Shown here: positions 50,403-63,223 of the stretch, piece after piece
Layout of the letters: every line of letters starts with the position of its first letter
How positions within the stretch are numbered: the first letter of the stretch is position 1
Assembly: GCF_006345805.1 (NCBI RefSeq)
Contig: NC_043005.1
Coordinates: forward strand, 34,162,001 to 34,226,000
Direction of reading: 5' to 3'
Length of the DNA: 64,000 bases
From: Octopus sinensis
Taxonomy: Eukaryota
Program-made: the position numbers and the translations under genes
Notes under the pieces: generated by a model
Seen by the model: the letters and a program-made list of their open reading frames with translations, nothing else
Databases searched by the model: none
Told to the model about the DNA's origin: nothing

Positions 50403-51239
50403 GTTATTGTTATTGTTATTGTTGTTGTTGTTATCTTATCTTTCCACTCAATGTAGGTGTTAATTGAACACAAGTATCAGTAATGGTAAAAGCAATCAAG
50501 AACAGTTTAGCTCCTGAATAGGGAATCATCCATCCTCCATGCTAGCTTGGGTTGGATGACATGGCAAAATCTGATCAGTCAGAGGACCTTGTTACACTTC
50601 ACAGTTTGTGTTAGTATGGTTTCTGTGACTTGATGCCTTTCCTAATGCCAAACTGCTTTACAAAATCCATTGGGTACTTTTCTCACGGCATCATAATTAG
50701 TGAAGTTATCTGACAACTTACAAGACTAAAGGGCCTGATGGGTCTTCTGCAAGAAAAGGAGAGTAGCAGAGAGAGTGAGAAAGAGAGAGATAGATGATTT
50801 TAGACAAGGTAATGAGAGAGTGTGAAGTATTATGAGAGGAATAGTTTTATAGTTGTGAGAAGGTGGTAGTAGGGAGATTAATAGAGTAGACACTGTTAGG
50901 GGAGGATTATGAGTGGGACTCAGGAAAATGAAGGGGTTGGTGTTGGCAGTTTGTGAGAAAGGGAGGGACAGAATGATAAAGGTTGTGTAGAGGATATTCC
51001 TGGTTATTCCACATTACAAGGGGTAAGTGTGGATAGAAGATGTGAGTGAAAGAGAACATGAAAGAGAGAAAATAGACGAGGATGATGAGAATCCAGAAAA
51101 AGTCATTGAAGAGGTGTGAGGGTCATGAGGGTAGATCAGAGAGATGAGAGGATGTTGAGATGTTGGAGAAGCAGTGGAGTAAAGCAGTAAGAGAGAAAGA
51201 GACAGTCAGAGAAAAGAAATGGTAGATGGCAGTGGATGA

Positions 51240-51820
51240 GTGAGCATCACAGGTGATGAGATGTGATATATGAATGATGGAGTGATGATTGAAGCAAGTG
51301 GAGGAGGGAAAGTGAGTACAGGTTGAGGAAGGAAAATGGACAGATAAGAGATATGAAAAGTAGAGTAATGACTGGAGTGAGTGAGTAGATGGATGGAGGA
51401 GGGAAGGTAGGCAGAGGTTGAGTGATGAAGATGGGCAGATGAGAGATATGAATGATAGAGTGAAATGAGTGAGGAGATGGATGGGGAGAGAAGATGAGCA
51501 CAGGTTGAGCGATAAAGATGAACAGATAAGAAATATGAATGATAGAGTGATAACTGAAGTGCGTGAGGAGATATATGGGGAAGAGAAGATGGGCATAGGT
51601 CAAGTGATGAAGATGGACAGATGAGAGATATAAAAGGTAGAGTGATGACTGAAGTGAGTGAGGAGATGATGGGAAAAAGAAGGGGGTAGAGGTCAAGTGA
51701 GGAAGATGGACAGATAAAAGATATGAATGGTAGAGTGATGACTGAAGTGAGTGAGGTTATGGATGGGAGAGAGAAGATAGGCACAGGTCAAATGATAAAG
51801 ATGGACAGATGAGAAATAAG
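51240..51820. repeat. Purine-rich minisatellite, ~95 bp unit, at least 6 copies
   Basis: ATG(G/A)(A/G)CAGAT anchor at 51336, 51431, 51518, 51613, 51706 and 51801. Confidence 0.85.
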
Positions 51821-52268
51821 AATATATTTAGGAAATCTGAAAGTAAATTTAAAAGAAAAAAATATCAGACACATGCTATTTACAGTATCAATTATTAACC
51901 CTGAATATGTCAATCATTCCTCTTCTCTTGTACAAATTAAGAACCAGATTCTGAAGCCATTCATTTTCTGGTAAATGATCAGTTGTGCACTATATATATA
52001 TGTACCCCGACCACCTTCTCTTTCTCTTCCTTCTTTTCCTTCCCCACTTTTCCCTCTTCACCACCACCACCACAACAACAAATATAAGCTCCCACCCCAT
52101 TATTAAAATAATTGTCCTCTCCAAAATTCTCCTTGTCATGCCAGTGTGCATATGTATGTGTGTGTGTGTGTGTGTGTGTATCTTGACCTATATAGTTATG
52201 TATACATATGTGTATAAACATACAAACATATATAACATATATATATACATACATACATACACACACAC

Positions 52269-52313
<45 letters not shown>

Positions 52314-52775
52314 TATATATTTATATATATATATATGTATTTATATATATGTGTGTGTATATATATATACATACACACACGCAAATATTTATGTATATAT
52401 GTTTGCACATATACATCCGGATGCATGTATACAATACTTAGTATACTGGGAAGCAGACATAAAAAGATGATGTTGATGGGGATGCAGTACATGAAACTTC
52501 CTTCCCACACACACAAACACACACACATTCATATGCATGCACACATACACATGTAATAAGATTGTGTATTCAGGTCAAGGAAATAAAGTCTAACAACAAT
52601 TAATGACAAGAATTCATCGGTAAAAGTAATTACCCCCACCTCCCCCTATAAGAACAGAGAGTTACATATAAAAACTGGTGATATCGTCTCATCAAGGATT
52701 TTCTTCACCCTCAAGATTACTTGACATGATAAAATGAATTTAAGCAGTAAATTTACTTTACTCTTAAATCTCTGG

Positions 52776-52807
<32 letters not shown>

Positions 52808-52991
52808 AAATACAACTACTACAAATACAACTACTACTACTACTACTACTACAAATACAACTACTACTACTTCTACTACTACTACTACAAATACAACAAC
52901 TACTACTACTACTACTACAAATACAACTACTACTACTACTACTACTACTACTACAAATACAACAACTACTACTACTACTACTACAAATACA

Positions 52992-53023
<32 letters not shown>

Positions 53024-53062
53024 AACAAATACTACTACTACTACTACTACTACTACAACAAA

Positions 53063-53100
<38 letters not shown>
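52776..53100. repeat. (TAC)n array with periodic ACAAAT interruptions
   Basis: Directly visible; source of the poly-T, poly-V and poly-S ORFs. Confidence 0.95.
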
Positions 53101-53101
<1 letters not shown>

Positions 53102-54340
53102 ATCCCATAAATAATGCTGTTTTTTTATACTTCTTTTATTTTTCAAAATTAAGATAAAGTTATATTTTAATCTAAAATATACTCTCCTTCATTTTCTACA
53201 ATGCTCTGCCATCTATCTGGTAGACTTGCAAGGCCTCTCTTCTGAAATTCACTCGTCCATGATGAAAAGAACTTCTCCAGTACTGTTCTGACCTCATCTA
53301 CAGAATTCATATTTTTGTCATACAAACGATTTTAAAGACTGCAGAATAAATGATAATCAAATAGGGCAATGTCCGGCAAATATGGTGGGTTTCTCATTCA
53401 AACTGCTCCAGCCTTTGGAATGTCGTCCTTATTGTACATGGCCAAGCATTGTCCTGATAGAAGAATGTCCTTTGTCTTGAAACCAAAGATGATTGTTTTT
53501 CTTCTAGTGCTGACTTAAGCCGATCAAGCTTCTCACAATAGATTTCCTTTTTTGTAGTTTGGTTTGTGTTTAAAAGTTCAAAATGGACTAAACCTTTCAC
53601 ATCCCACCAAACAGAAAACAACACCTTAGCCTGGGATGCCAGAGTTTCTCTTTTCCTACCCACTGTCTTCGGTGCTTGACATTTTTATAGAGAACCCATT
53701 TCTCATCACCAGTCACTATTCAGTCCAAAAAAGGTTCATTTGTGAGATGTGACAGCAAAGGAGAGCACACATTCACTCTCTGCATGTGATTAGATTTGGA
53801 AAGTTTGTAACAAACTCACTCAGTTTGCTGACTTTTCTGATGGCATGCAGGTATTGATGAATGGTTGAATGACCAAATTCAAGCTTCTCTGCTAGTTTCT
53901 CAACTATTATGAGGGGATTTTGTTCCACTAGGGTTTGCAGGATGTCCTTGTCAAGCTCTACAGATCTTCCAGGGTAAGGCTTGTTTTCTAGGCTGTAGTC
54001 TCCAGCTCGGAATTTCTGGAACCACCATTGACATTGGCTTACACTTATTGTCCAATCCCCATATACCTCATTAATATTCCTCGTACTTTCCATTGCATGT
54101 TTGCCTTTATTGAACTTATAAAGCAAAATATGCTGAATATGCTCCTTTGCCACTTCCATTATAACTTTGAAAAAATGACTGCTAAAATCGAACTACACTC
54201 TTCAAAATTTGCACTAAGAATGAACACAAGGTAAAATTACTACCTGCTTTTATAACAAGTTGATGCAGGTAGTTTATCCTGTCCCTCTCCGACCTTTAGC
54301 GCATGCAATTGAAAAAATGCATTATTTATGGGATGACTCA

Positions 54341-54343
<3 letters not shown>
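53101..54343 (-). mobile_element. Mariner (DD34D) element, decayed, copy A
   Basis: TIR TTGAGTCATCCCATAAATAATGC. Peptides KEHIQHILLYKFNKG...WFQKFRAGD, VTGDEKWVLY, FYQDNAWP. The 3' TIR lacks its outer 8 nt. Confidence 0.92.
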
Positions 54344-54376
<33 letters not shown>

Positions 54377-54406
54377 ATTTACATATGTATACATTTATAT
54401 ATGTAT

Positions 54407-55120
54407 AGGCGCAGGAGTGGCTGTGTGGTAAGTAGCTTGTCTACCAACCACATGGTTCTGGGTTCAGTCCCACTGCATGGCACCTTGGGCAAGTGTCTTC
54501 TACTATAGCCTTGGGCCAACCAAAGCCTTGTGAGTGGATTTGGTAGATGGAAACTGAAAGAAGCCCATCGTATATATGTATATATATATATATGCGTGTG
54601 TGTGTTTGTCCCCTAGCATTGCTTGACAACCGATGCTGGTGTGTTTATGTTCTCGTTACTTAGCGGTTCGGCAAAAGAGACCGATAGAATAAGTACTGGA
54701 CTTATTTAGCCCATTGATAAAACTAATACCCACACTTTCTCCCACATACCCACTCTTTCTCTCTCTTTTATTATTACTCCCACTGCCACTGCCACCATCA
54801 ACATTACTACTTTAAATAAAAGAAAGGGAGAGAAAGAAAGACAGAAATTTAGAGACAGTTGATGATGTTTTATTTAAAGTAGTAGTGTTGATGGTGGGAG
54901 TGGAAGTAATAATAAAAGAGAGAGAAAGAGTGGGTATGTGGGAGAAAGTGTGGGTATTAGTTTTATCAATGGGCTTAATAAGTCCAGTACTTATTCTATT
55001 GGTCTCTTTTGCCGAACCGCTAAAGTATTTAATAAGTCCCAGGGTTGAGTTGCCCGATTAAAAACGGTGCTCCAGCATGGCCGCAGTCAAATGACTGAAA
55101 CAAGTAAAAGAGTAAAAGAG
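54407..55120 (+). mobile_element. SINE family B reference copy, containing a foldback insertion
   Basis: A-box TGGCTGTGTGG at 54418, B-box GGTTCAGTCC at 54461, CORE-like GGCACCTTGGGCAAGTGTC, internal microsatellite and GTAAAAGA tail. About 15 further partial copies lie in the window. Confidence 0.85.
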
Positions 55121-55471
55121 TATGTATGCATGTATATATGTATGGATAAATCAACTGAAAATTTACAAATGTGACTCAAGAGCTAATATTTTAGTGCATG
55201 ACAGAATGGGAGAGACTTTGGATGTTTGACTGGATCTTTGACTAATAGGTACAGGATAGCTGTGGGCTTCTGTACAGTTTCCATCTACCAAAATTTGCTC
55301 ACAAGCCTCAAGTTCTCTCAATAACTCTCCCCTTCTCACAATAAAACTTGATATAAGAATTGTTTAAATTATGCAGAAGCTCCCTGCCTGGGTTTGATAA
55401 CATTGTTTTTGATAAAATAATGGAATCCGCAGAAACATCTACTTTTGTTCTTGATCAAACATACGAATCAT

Positions 55472-55858
55472 GATGGAAGCACTCCGTCGGTTACGACGAC
55501 GAGGGTTCCGGTTGATCCGAATCAACGGAACAGCCTGCTCGTGAAATTAACGTGTAAGTGGCTGAGCACTCCACAGACACGTGTACCCTTAACGTAGTTC
55601 TTGGGGATATTCAGCGTGACACAGAGAGTGACAAGGCCGGCCCTTTGAAATACAGGTACAACAGAAACAGGAAGTAAGAGTGAGAGAAAGTTGTGGTGAA
55701 AGAGTACAGCAGGGATCACCACCATCCCCTGCCGGAGCCTCGTGGAGCTTTAGGTGTTTTCGCTCAATAAACACTCACAACGCCCGGTCTGGGAATCGAA
55801 ACCGTGATCCTATGACCGCGAGTCCGCTGCCCTAACCACTGGGCCATTGCGCCTACAC
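55472..55858 (-). mobile_element. tRNA-derived SINE family C, young copy with 18 bp TSD
   Basis: TSD ATCAAACATACGAATCAT at 55454-55471 and 55859-55876. A-box TGGCCCAGTGG and B-box GTTTCGATTCC; CpG-rich. Confidence 0.92.
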
Positions 55859-57239
55859 ATCAAACATACGAATCATAACACTTTAACAACAAGAATATTT
55901 TCTTATAACTTGGCACAATGCCAGTTTTGTAAGGGAATGGATTTAGCAGGGTAAGCTAATATCAGTTAGTTAATCAGTCTTAATTATATGCAGATTAATT
56001 CTTTTGAGAGTTGGATATGAAAATGTGTAGCACCAAACTAGATGCTGTGTATTATGCGGTCTTTTATTGCTCCCTTTTGTAATATGTTTGTGTGCGTATG
56101 ACTGTGTGTATATCTATGTATGGATACATATATAGACACACATGGATACACACATACTTCTCTCTCCCTCACCATTTCTCCTTGTAAGTGTGTGTGTGTT
56201 TGGTTCCAAAGAAGATATCATTGTGAGGGTCGTTCTCCTTATATTTTCTGTCAATCAGTCAACCAATTGAACACACCTAAATGTACATCTGAACCATGAA
56301 CACACCTAAATGTACATCTGAAACAGCTGTAAGCTTATAATAAATTAATGTATATAACCCATTATTTCTGTCTATTATATATCTAATATAATGAATGTGA
56401 AAACTAATTTCTATGTGTCAGTGTGTCACACTTAGACCCCCTCTCTCACTATTCAATGACATTCCTACTATTACTCATGATGGGGTGAGAGTAATAGTAG
56501 GTATAGAGACAGTGAGGGCAGTGGCGAAGACACAGAGAGAGAGAGAGAAAGAAAAGAAAAGAAAGGGAGAGAAAGAAAGACAGAAATTTAGAGACAGTTG
56601 ATGAGGTTTTATTTAAAGTAGTAGTGTTGATGGTGGGAGTGGGAGTAATAATAAAAGAGAGAGAAAGTGTGGGTATGTGATAGAAAGAGGGAGATGAAGT
56701 ACAACTTTGTTTAACCATGTCTCTTTGAAAGAAATCCTTGTTGCCAACGTAATGATAACTATCATTTTTGTTTTATTTTTGCTTTCTTTAACACACACAC
56801 ACACCACACACACACACACACACACATACACACACACACACACACAATGTCATATAATATGATATGATATAATATCTTGTATTGTCACTGGACTGTGGCC
56901 ATACTGGGGCACCACCTTCAAGGGTTAGTTGAACAAATTGACCCTTGTACTTATTTTTAAGTATGTTCTTATTCTTGAGTCTTTTTTGCTGAACTGCTTA
57001 GGTACAGGGATGTAAACAAACCAGTACCTGTTGTTAAGTGGTTGGGATACAAACACAAAGGCAAACACATCATCCCCCACTCTTCTTCTATCTCCTACTC
57101 TTCTTCTATCTCCTACTCTTCTTTTGCAGTCTTGTGAACTTATCCACTCTCTTACCCTATCTAATCCATGGTTCTTATTCACTTATACATCTCCCTGAAA
57201 TGTGAGTGCATCCCCTCCACCACCATATATCCACCATTT

Positions 57240-57271
<32 letters not shown>

Positions 57272-57497
57272 TCCAACTGCAGCAGTCATATATCTCTTCT
57301 TCTGCAAGACACCTATATCTGTCCCTCTGTCCATACCAAACTCACTCACAAGACATTGGTTGGACCAGGTCTAGAGTGAAAACACTTGCTCAAGGTGCCA
57401 TGCAGTGGGACTGATCTCGAAATCACATGGTTACAAGGTGAGCTCCACGTAGACATGTATGCACCACACACACTTACAGACACACACACACACACAT

Positions 57498-57549
<52 letters not shown>

Positions 57550-58595
57550 ATATACATATATAAATATGTAAAAGACTTGTTGCTTGCAATAAATCAAGTT
57601 ATAGTAATTTCTTCAGTTTCTTTTTGTTGGTTTTTTTTCTTTCTCTATACTCCATTTGGCATTTTGTCAATAGTTATATTTCAAAACCACAGGCAAGCTG
57701 TTATTCATAGTCAGGCAACAGGTATTTCATGCAAAATATTCCACATGAATGTTTCGTTGCCAGCTCAATTTTTTACTACTTAGATAATGGAAACTATTGA
57801 CCATTCTTGTTTTGTTTGTATTATGTTTATATATAATTGATTTGTGACACATTAACATTGCGTCCAATGCAGAAAATCAGCAGCTAAACTGTTGTTGTTT
57901 CAAATCCTTTGTTTTCTTGTTTGTTTTCTTATAGTTCTAGAATTACTAGTTGCTGTTTATCATTGTATCTTTGTTATCATCATTTCTATTTTCTCATGTC
58001 CTGACTTCCATAGGGGTGAATGTTATGGAAATCCCACCCTCTAAACGCCCTGACAATGATGTCTGTTCATGCTGTGTATCCTTCCAAGGAGATTCCAGTT
58101 CTGAGTACACAAAATTGCATTCTTTTATTCTTTAACTGGTTTCAGTAATTCAACTGTAGCCGTGCTCAAGTACCATATTCAAGGGATTTATTGATGATAT
58201 TGACCTCAGTACTTGTTTCAGTCTTATTTGATTGATCTCTGTTTATTAAATTGTAAAGTTGTAGGACAAAAGGGACATGATATTAGTAACATACATACAT
58301 ACATACATACATACATACATACATACATACATACATACATACATACATACATACATACATACATAATTATGTGTGGGTCTGTGTTTACTTGTACACATAC
58401 ACAAATATATGCACATATGTACATACATACAAATATATATATCTATACACACATATATGTACACACACACATGCACACACATACACACACAAACACTCAG
58501 ACTGACAGACACACATACACATTTCTATATAGAGGCAATTAAGAGGATAAACAAATGAAATAAACAACTTGGGTTTGATATACAAAATATATATA

Positions 58596-60095
58596 TACGA
58601 AGTGGTATCAAAAAGTTCCCAGACTAGTTCTGTATATATACATAACCTGTGGAGAGGGAGATCCAGGAAGATATGGGATGAGGTGGTGAAGTATAACCTT
58701 CGAACGTTGGGCCTCACAGAGGTAATGACAAGAGACCAAAACCTCTGGAGATATACTGTGATTGAGAAGACTCAGCAAGTAAGGCGAGATCAGAGCTGTA
58801 GCCTACACCAGTGTTGCATAACCAGCTCATTCAAAAAGTACCTTTGAATTTTTGGGTGACAAATCATGCTTGAGGAGAACTATTGAGTCAAGTAAAATCA
58901 AAATCAAAATCAAAATCAAAATCACAATCAGAATCTCAATCAAATCATAATTGGAATGAAAATTGTAGTTGTGGATGATGCCAGTACCACCTGACTGGCT
59001 TCTGTGCCTGTGGCACATAAAAAGCACCCATTACACTCTTGGAGTGGTTGGTGTTTGGAAGGGCATCCAGCTGTAGAAACCTTGCCAGATCAGATTCGAG
59101 CCTGCCCCCAGTCAAACTGTCCAACCCATGCCAGCATGGGAAACAGGTGTTAAACGATGATGATGGTGATGATATAAATATGTATTCATCACCTTATACA
59201 TGAGGATTCTTGGAGTGAAACCAATGATATTGCTGATGCTGTTGGTCTGTCACATTGTTTCGTGCAGGCAATCCTGACATATGAATTGAACATGCAGTGT
59301 GTCTCTACCAAGTCTGAACCTCCGCTTGCTGACCACTGAGCAAGAAGAACATTGCATCAAAATCTGTCAAGACCTCCATCAGCATGCTGCTGATGACCCT
59401 TCCTTCATGTTGAGGATCATCATCAGTGACAAGAGTTGGGTCTATGGGTATGACCCTGAGATGAAGCAGCAGTCATCACAATGGAAAAGGCTTTCATCTC
59501 CATGACTGAAGAAGGCACTACAGAGCTGCAGCTCAATCAAGAGCATATTCATTGTTTTTTCGATACCCACAATATTACACATCAAGAATTCATCCCCCAG
59601 GGCCAGGTCATCAATCAAGAGTTCTACTGCTATGTTTTGAAGCATTAGAGGGAGGACATTCAACAAAAGTGACTGGATCTGTGGAACACAAAGAATTGGA
59701 TTCTTCATGATGACAATACACCCTCTCACTGAGCTCTCCTCACTCATTAATTTCTTGCCAAAAATGTGAGCTTCTCCCCCAAAACAACAAAATCACTTCA
59801 ACGCCAGCCCTATTCACCAGATTTTGCACCTGTAGACTTCCATCTCTTACCCAAGATGAAAAGGTAGTTCAAAAGTCACCGTTTTAGCACCATTGCTGAG
59901 CAAATCACAGAAGGTTCTTGACCCGCTTATGAAAAATGGCTTCCTGTCTAGATTCCAAAAGTGCCAGTAATACTGGGACTGGCGTATTGCTGTGCAAGGT
60001 GACTATTTCAAAGGAGATGATGTTAAAACTCAGGTAAATAAGTTATTTTTTATTAAACATAACTAACCTGGGAACTTTTTGATACCACCTATGTA
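58596..60095 (+). mobile_element. Mariner (DD34D) element of a second family, with nested RTE fragment
   Basis: TIRs GTGGTATCAAAAAGTTCCC (~58602) and GGGAACTTTTTGATACCAC (~60070). Peptides SDKSWVYGYDPEMKQQSSQW, WILHDDNTPSH and PYSPDFAPVDFHL. Confidence 0.85.
58645..59170 (+). mobile_element. RTE LINE 3' end nested in the mariner
   Basis: GRSRKIWDEVVKYNLRTLGLTEVMTRDQNLWRYTVIEKT, then the shared UTR and a (GAT)n tail. Confidence 0.8.
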
Positions 60096-60160
60096 TACAT
60101 GTAAACAAAGAAATCAAAGACCGAAGCTTTTCAGTTGATGAATATTTAAGTATAGCTATA

Positions 60161-61043
60161 TATTGAGTCATCCCATGAATAATGTAGCTGTTTATCAATT
60201 GCATGAACTAAAAGTCAGAGGTGGGACAGGATAAACTACCTGCATCAACTCGCTATGAAGTGTCTATTCTTAGTGCATGTTTGGAAGAGTGCAGTTCGAT
60301 TTTAACAGTTATTTTTTCAAAGCAATAGTGGAAGTGACAAAGGAACATATTCAGCATATTTTGCTTTATGAATTCAATAAAGGCAACAATGTAATGGAAA
60401 ATGCAAGGAATATTAATGCAGTATGTGGGGATTGGAAAATAAGTGTAAGCCAGTGTCAATGGTGGTTCCAGAAATTCTGAGCCAGAAATTAGAAGATGAG
60501 CCATGTCCTGGAAGATCTGTAGAGCTCATCCTGCAAATCCTGGTGGAACAAAATTCCATTGTAACTGTTGAGTAACTAGCAGAAAAGCTTGGATTTGGTC
60601 ATTCAACCAGTCATTTAAGTCAGCACTAGAAGAAAAACAACCATCTTTGGTTTCAAGATGAAAGGTGTTCTTCCATCAGAATAATGCCTGGCCACATATA
60701 GTGAGGATGACTTTCCAAAGGCTGGAGCAGTTTGAATGGGAAATGATGCCCTGCCCATCATATTCGCCGGATATTACCACATCTGATTATCATTTATTCT
60801 TCAGTCTTCAAAATCATTTCGACGGAAAACGTATGAACTCTGTACACAAGGTTAGAACAGTACTGTAGGAGTATTTTTTGTCATGGACAAGGGAATTTTG
60901 GAAGAGGAGCCTTGCAAATCTACTGGATAGATGGAAGGGCATTGTAGAAAATGAAGGAGTGTATATTTTAGACTAAAAAATAACTTTGTTTATCTTAATT
61001 TTGAAAAATAAAAGTATAAAAAAACAGCATTATTTATGGGATG
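60161..61043 (+). mobile_element. Mariner copy B (same family as 53101-54343), internally deleted
   Basis: Same TIR. Peptides KEHIQHILLYEFNKG, HQNNAWPH and SYSPDITTSDYHLF. Same 8 nt truncation of the 3' TIR. Confidence 0.9.
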
Positions 61044-61584
61044 TAGTAGTAGTAGTAGTAATAGTAGTAGTAGTTCAGAGATTTAAGAGTAAAGTAAATT
61101 TACTGTTTAAATTCATTTTATCATGTCAAGTAATATTGAGGATGAGGAAAATCATTGACGAGATGATATCACCAGATTTTATATGTAACTCTCCGTTCTT
61201 ATAGCGGAGGTGGGGGTGATTACTTTTACCGATGAATTCTTGTCATTAATTGTTGTTAGACTTTATTTCCTTGACCTGAATACACAATTTTATTAACATG
61301 TGTATGTGTGCATGCATATGAATGTGTGTATGTTTATTATTATGTCTGCTTACAAGTATACCAAGTATTGTATACATGCATACATATGAATATACACATA
61401 CATATATACATAAGCATTTGTGTGTGTGTATACACAGACATGCAGGAAGTAAATAGACATCTTTAATTTTCAAAATTTCTGATCTAAGCATCTTAATATG
61501 TTTTCAGAGGCATAGGATTTACAATGTAATTATTCTTTTTCATTCCAGGTGCCATTATATTAAACATTTGTGAAGAGTAACCAT

Positions 61585-61880
61585 GACATGCACAAAAAAA
61601 TTCAGCAGAACTGTCAGATCTTCAAAGAGGTCATATTGTTGGGCAGTATGAGGCTGGTCTTAGCCAGCAAAAAATTGCTGAAAATCTTCAAATTCCTCTT
61701 GCTACATTTAATAGAATTATAGTGCAATTCAAAACCCAAGTAAAAGAATCAACAGTTTCTCGTCCTGGCTGACCTGGGCCCTCAGAAAGGAAGCTTCGCT
61801 GTTTGAAGAGAATTGTGGAAAACAAAGCCCGTTCGAAGGTTTATGACATTGCAAAACAGCTAGAAGTTAGCCACCGCTGC
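61585..61880 (+). mobile_element. Tc1-like transposase N-terminal (HTH) fragment
   Basis: ELSDLQRGHIVGQYEAGLSQQKIAENLQIP...SRPG*PGPSER. Confidence 0.75.
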
Positions 61881-61919
61881 ACCCATATCTAAATATATGT
61901 CTTATATATGTTTGTATAT

Positions 61920-61974
<55 letters not shown>

Positions 61975-61975
<1 letters not shown>

Positions 61976-63223
61976 TGGGTTGGACAAAATAATGGAAACA
62001 AACAAATTTATTTTAATATGGGGTAGGACTGCCTTTGGCAGTAATTACAGCTTGAATTCTATGAGGTATGGGCTTGTACAAAGTTTGAATTGTTTCCAAA
62101 AGAATTTTTGTCCATTCTTTAGCTAGAACAGTCTCCAATTCTTGTAGTGATGATGATGGAGGATATCGACTCTTTACTTGTTTTTCTATATTGCACCATA
62201 AATGTTCAATAATATTGAGATCTGGGGACTGTGGTAGCCAGATAAGATGTTCAACTTCACTAGAATGTTCCTCATGCTATTCAGTAACAACTTAAGCTGT
62301 GTGAATTAGTGAATTATCATCCTGAAAGATTGTGTTTCCCTCCGGAAACAGTTCTACAACCATAGGATGAATTTGATCAGATAAAATGCTTAAATAGTCC
62401 TAACTATTAATTCTGCCACTGGGCCAGCGGATTTCCAAGATATAGCTCCCCCACCCGGTCATCACAGATCCTCCTCTATGTTTAACAGTTGGAAGAAGGC
62501 TGTGTGGGTCAAATGCTTCTTTTGGCTGTCTCCCCACGTATACTCAACTGGTGGTCAGAAATAAGGTAAAGGATGATTTATCCCAGAAAATAACATTCTT
62601 CCACTGCTCTAGGGACCAATTCTGTAGGTTCTTACTCCAGTCTAAATGCTTTGCAACGTTTGTTTTTGAAAGTAGTGGTTTTGTGATTGTAGCCCTCCTG
62701 TGAAATCCAGCTTTGTGCAGCTACCAGCAAACAGTTTTTGTGAAAACTGGGTTCTCACGCTGGTCATTAAGCTTTGCAGTAATTTTGGGAGCTGTACTTT
62801 TGTGATCCTTTCTAACAATTAGCGTAATGGTCTGACGTTTCCTATCTGAAAGTTTTGGTTTTCTTCTGGAGTTTTGTTTCAACGATGAGGTTTTTCCCTC
62901 TTTCTCAAAGGCTGTCATTACTTTTGAGACAGTACTTCTTGATACACCAAACATTTCGGCTGTTTTAGTTAAGCTAGTGCCTGCCATATGAGCACCAACA
63001 ATTTGACCTCTTTGAAAGTCCAATAGAACTATCATTTTAAAGAATTTGAATCACCTTTTTCTGATGATATCTGAAAGGAAACAGCAATCTTAACAACACT
63101 TATTAAGCAACACTAATAATAAATCAAAAATATAAAAATAAACAAGCTTTTGACAGTTTTATAGATACTTTAAAATTATGATGCTATGATGCTAGGTGTT
63201 TCTATTATTTTGTTTAACTCCTG
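61975..63223 (-). mobile_element. Tc1 (DD34E) element, near full length, decayed
   Basis: TA-flanked TIRs CTGGGTTGGACAAAATAATGGAAAC and CAGGAGTTAAACAAAATAATAGAAAC. Peptides DFQRGQIVGAHMAG, IFQDDNSLIHTA and PQSPDLNIIEHLW. Confidence 0.92.

Noticed and set aside
52646-53146. Poly-Thr, poly-Val and poly-Ser ORFs resembling mucin or antifreeze proteins
   Set aside because: This is a (TAC)n array; the paralogous site at ~61043-61073 has only about 10 repeats, and the shared flank shows many amino-acid changes.
55780-55858. tRNA-like sequence with A and B boxes (also 22310-22380 and 54407-54475)
   Set aside because: SINE heads: no clean cloverleaf, continuous with the SINE body, and bounded by a TSD at 55 kb.
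56268-56322. 29 bp tandem duplication (TGAACACACCTAAATGTACATCTGAA)
   Set aside because: Simple slippage duplication; noted only because it precedes a GAAACAGCTGTAAG motif reported elsewhere.
57950-58135. Exon-like open segment (GVNVMEIPPSKRPDNDVCSCCVSFQ)
   Set aside because: The opposite strand is equally open, there is no convincing donor, and the peptide is unrecognised.
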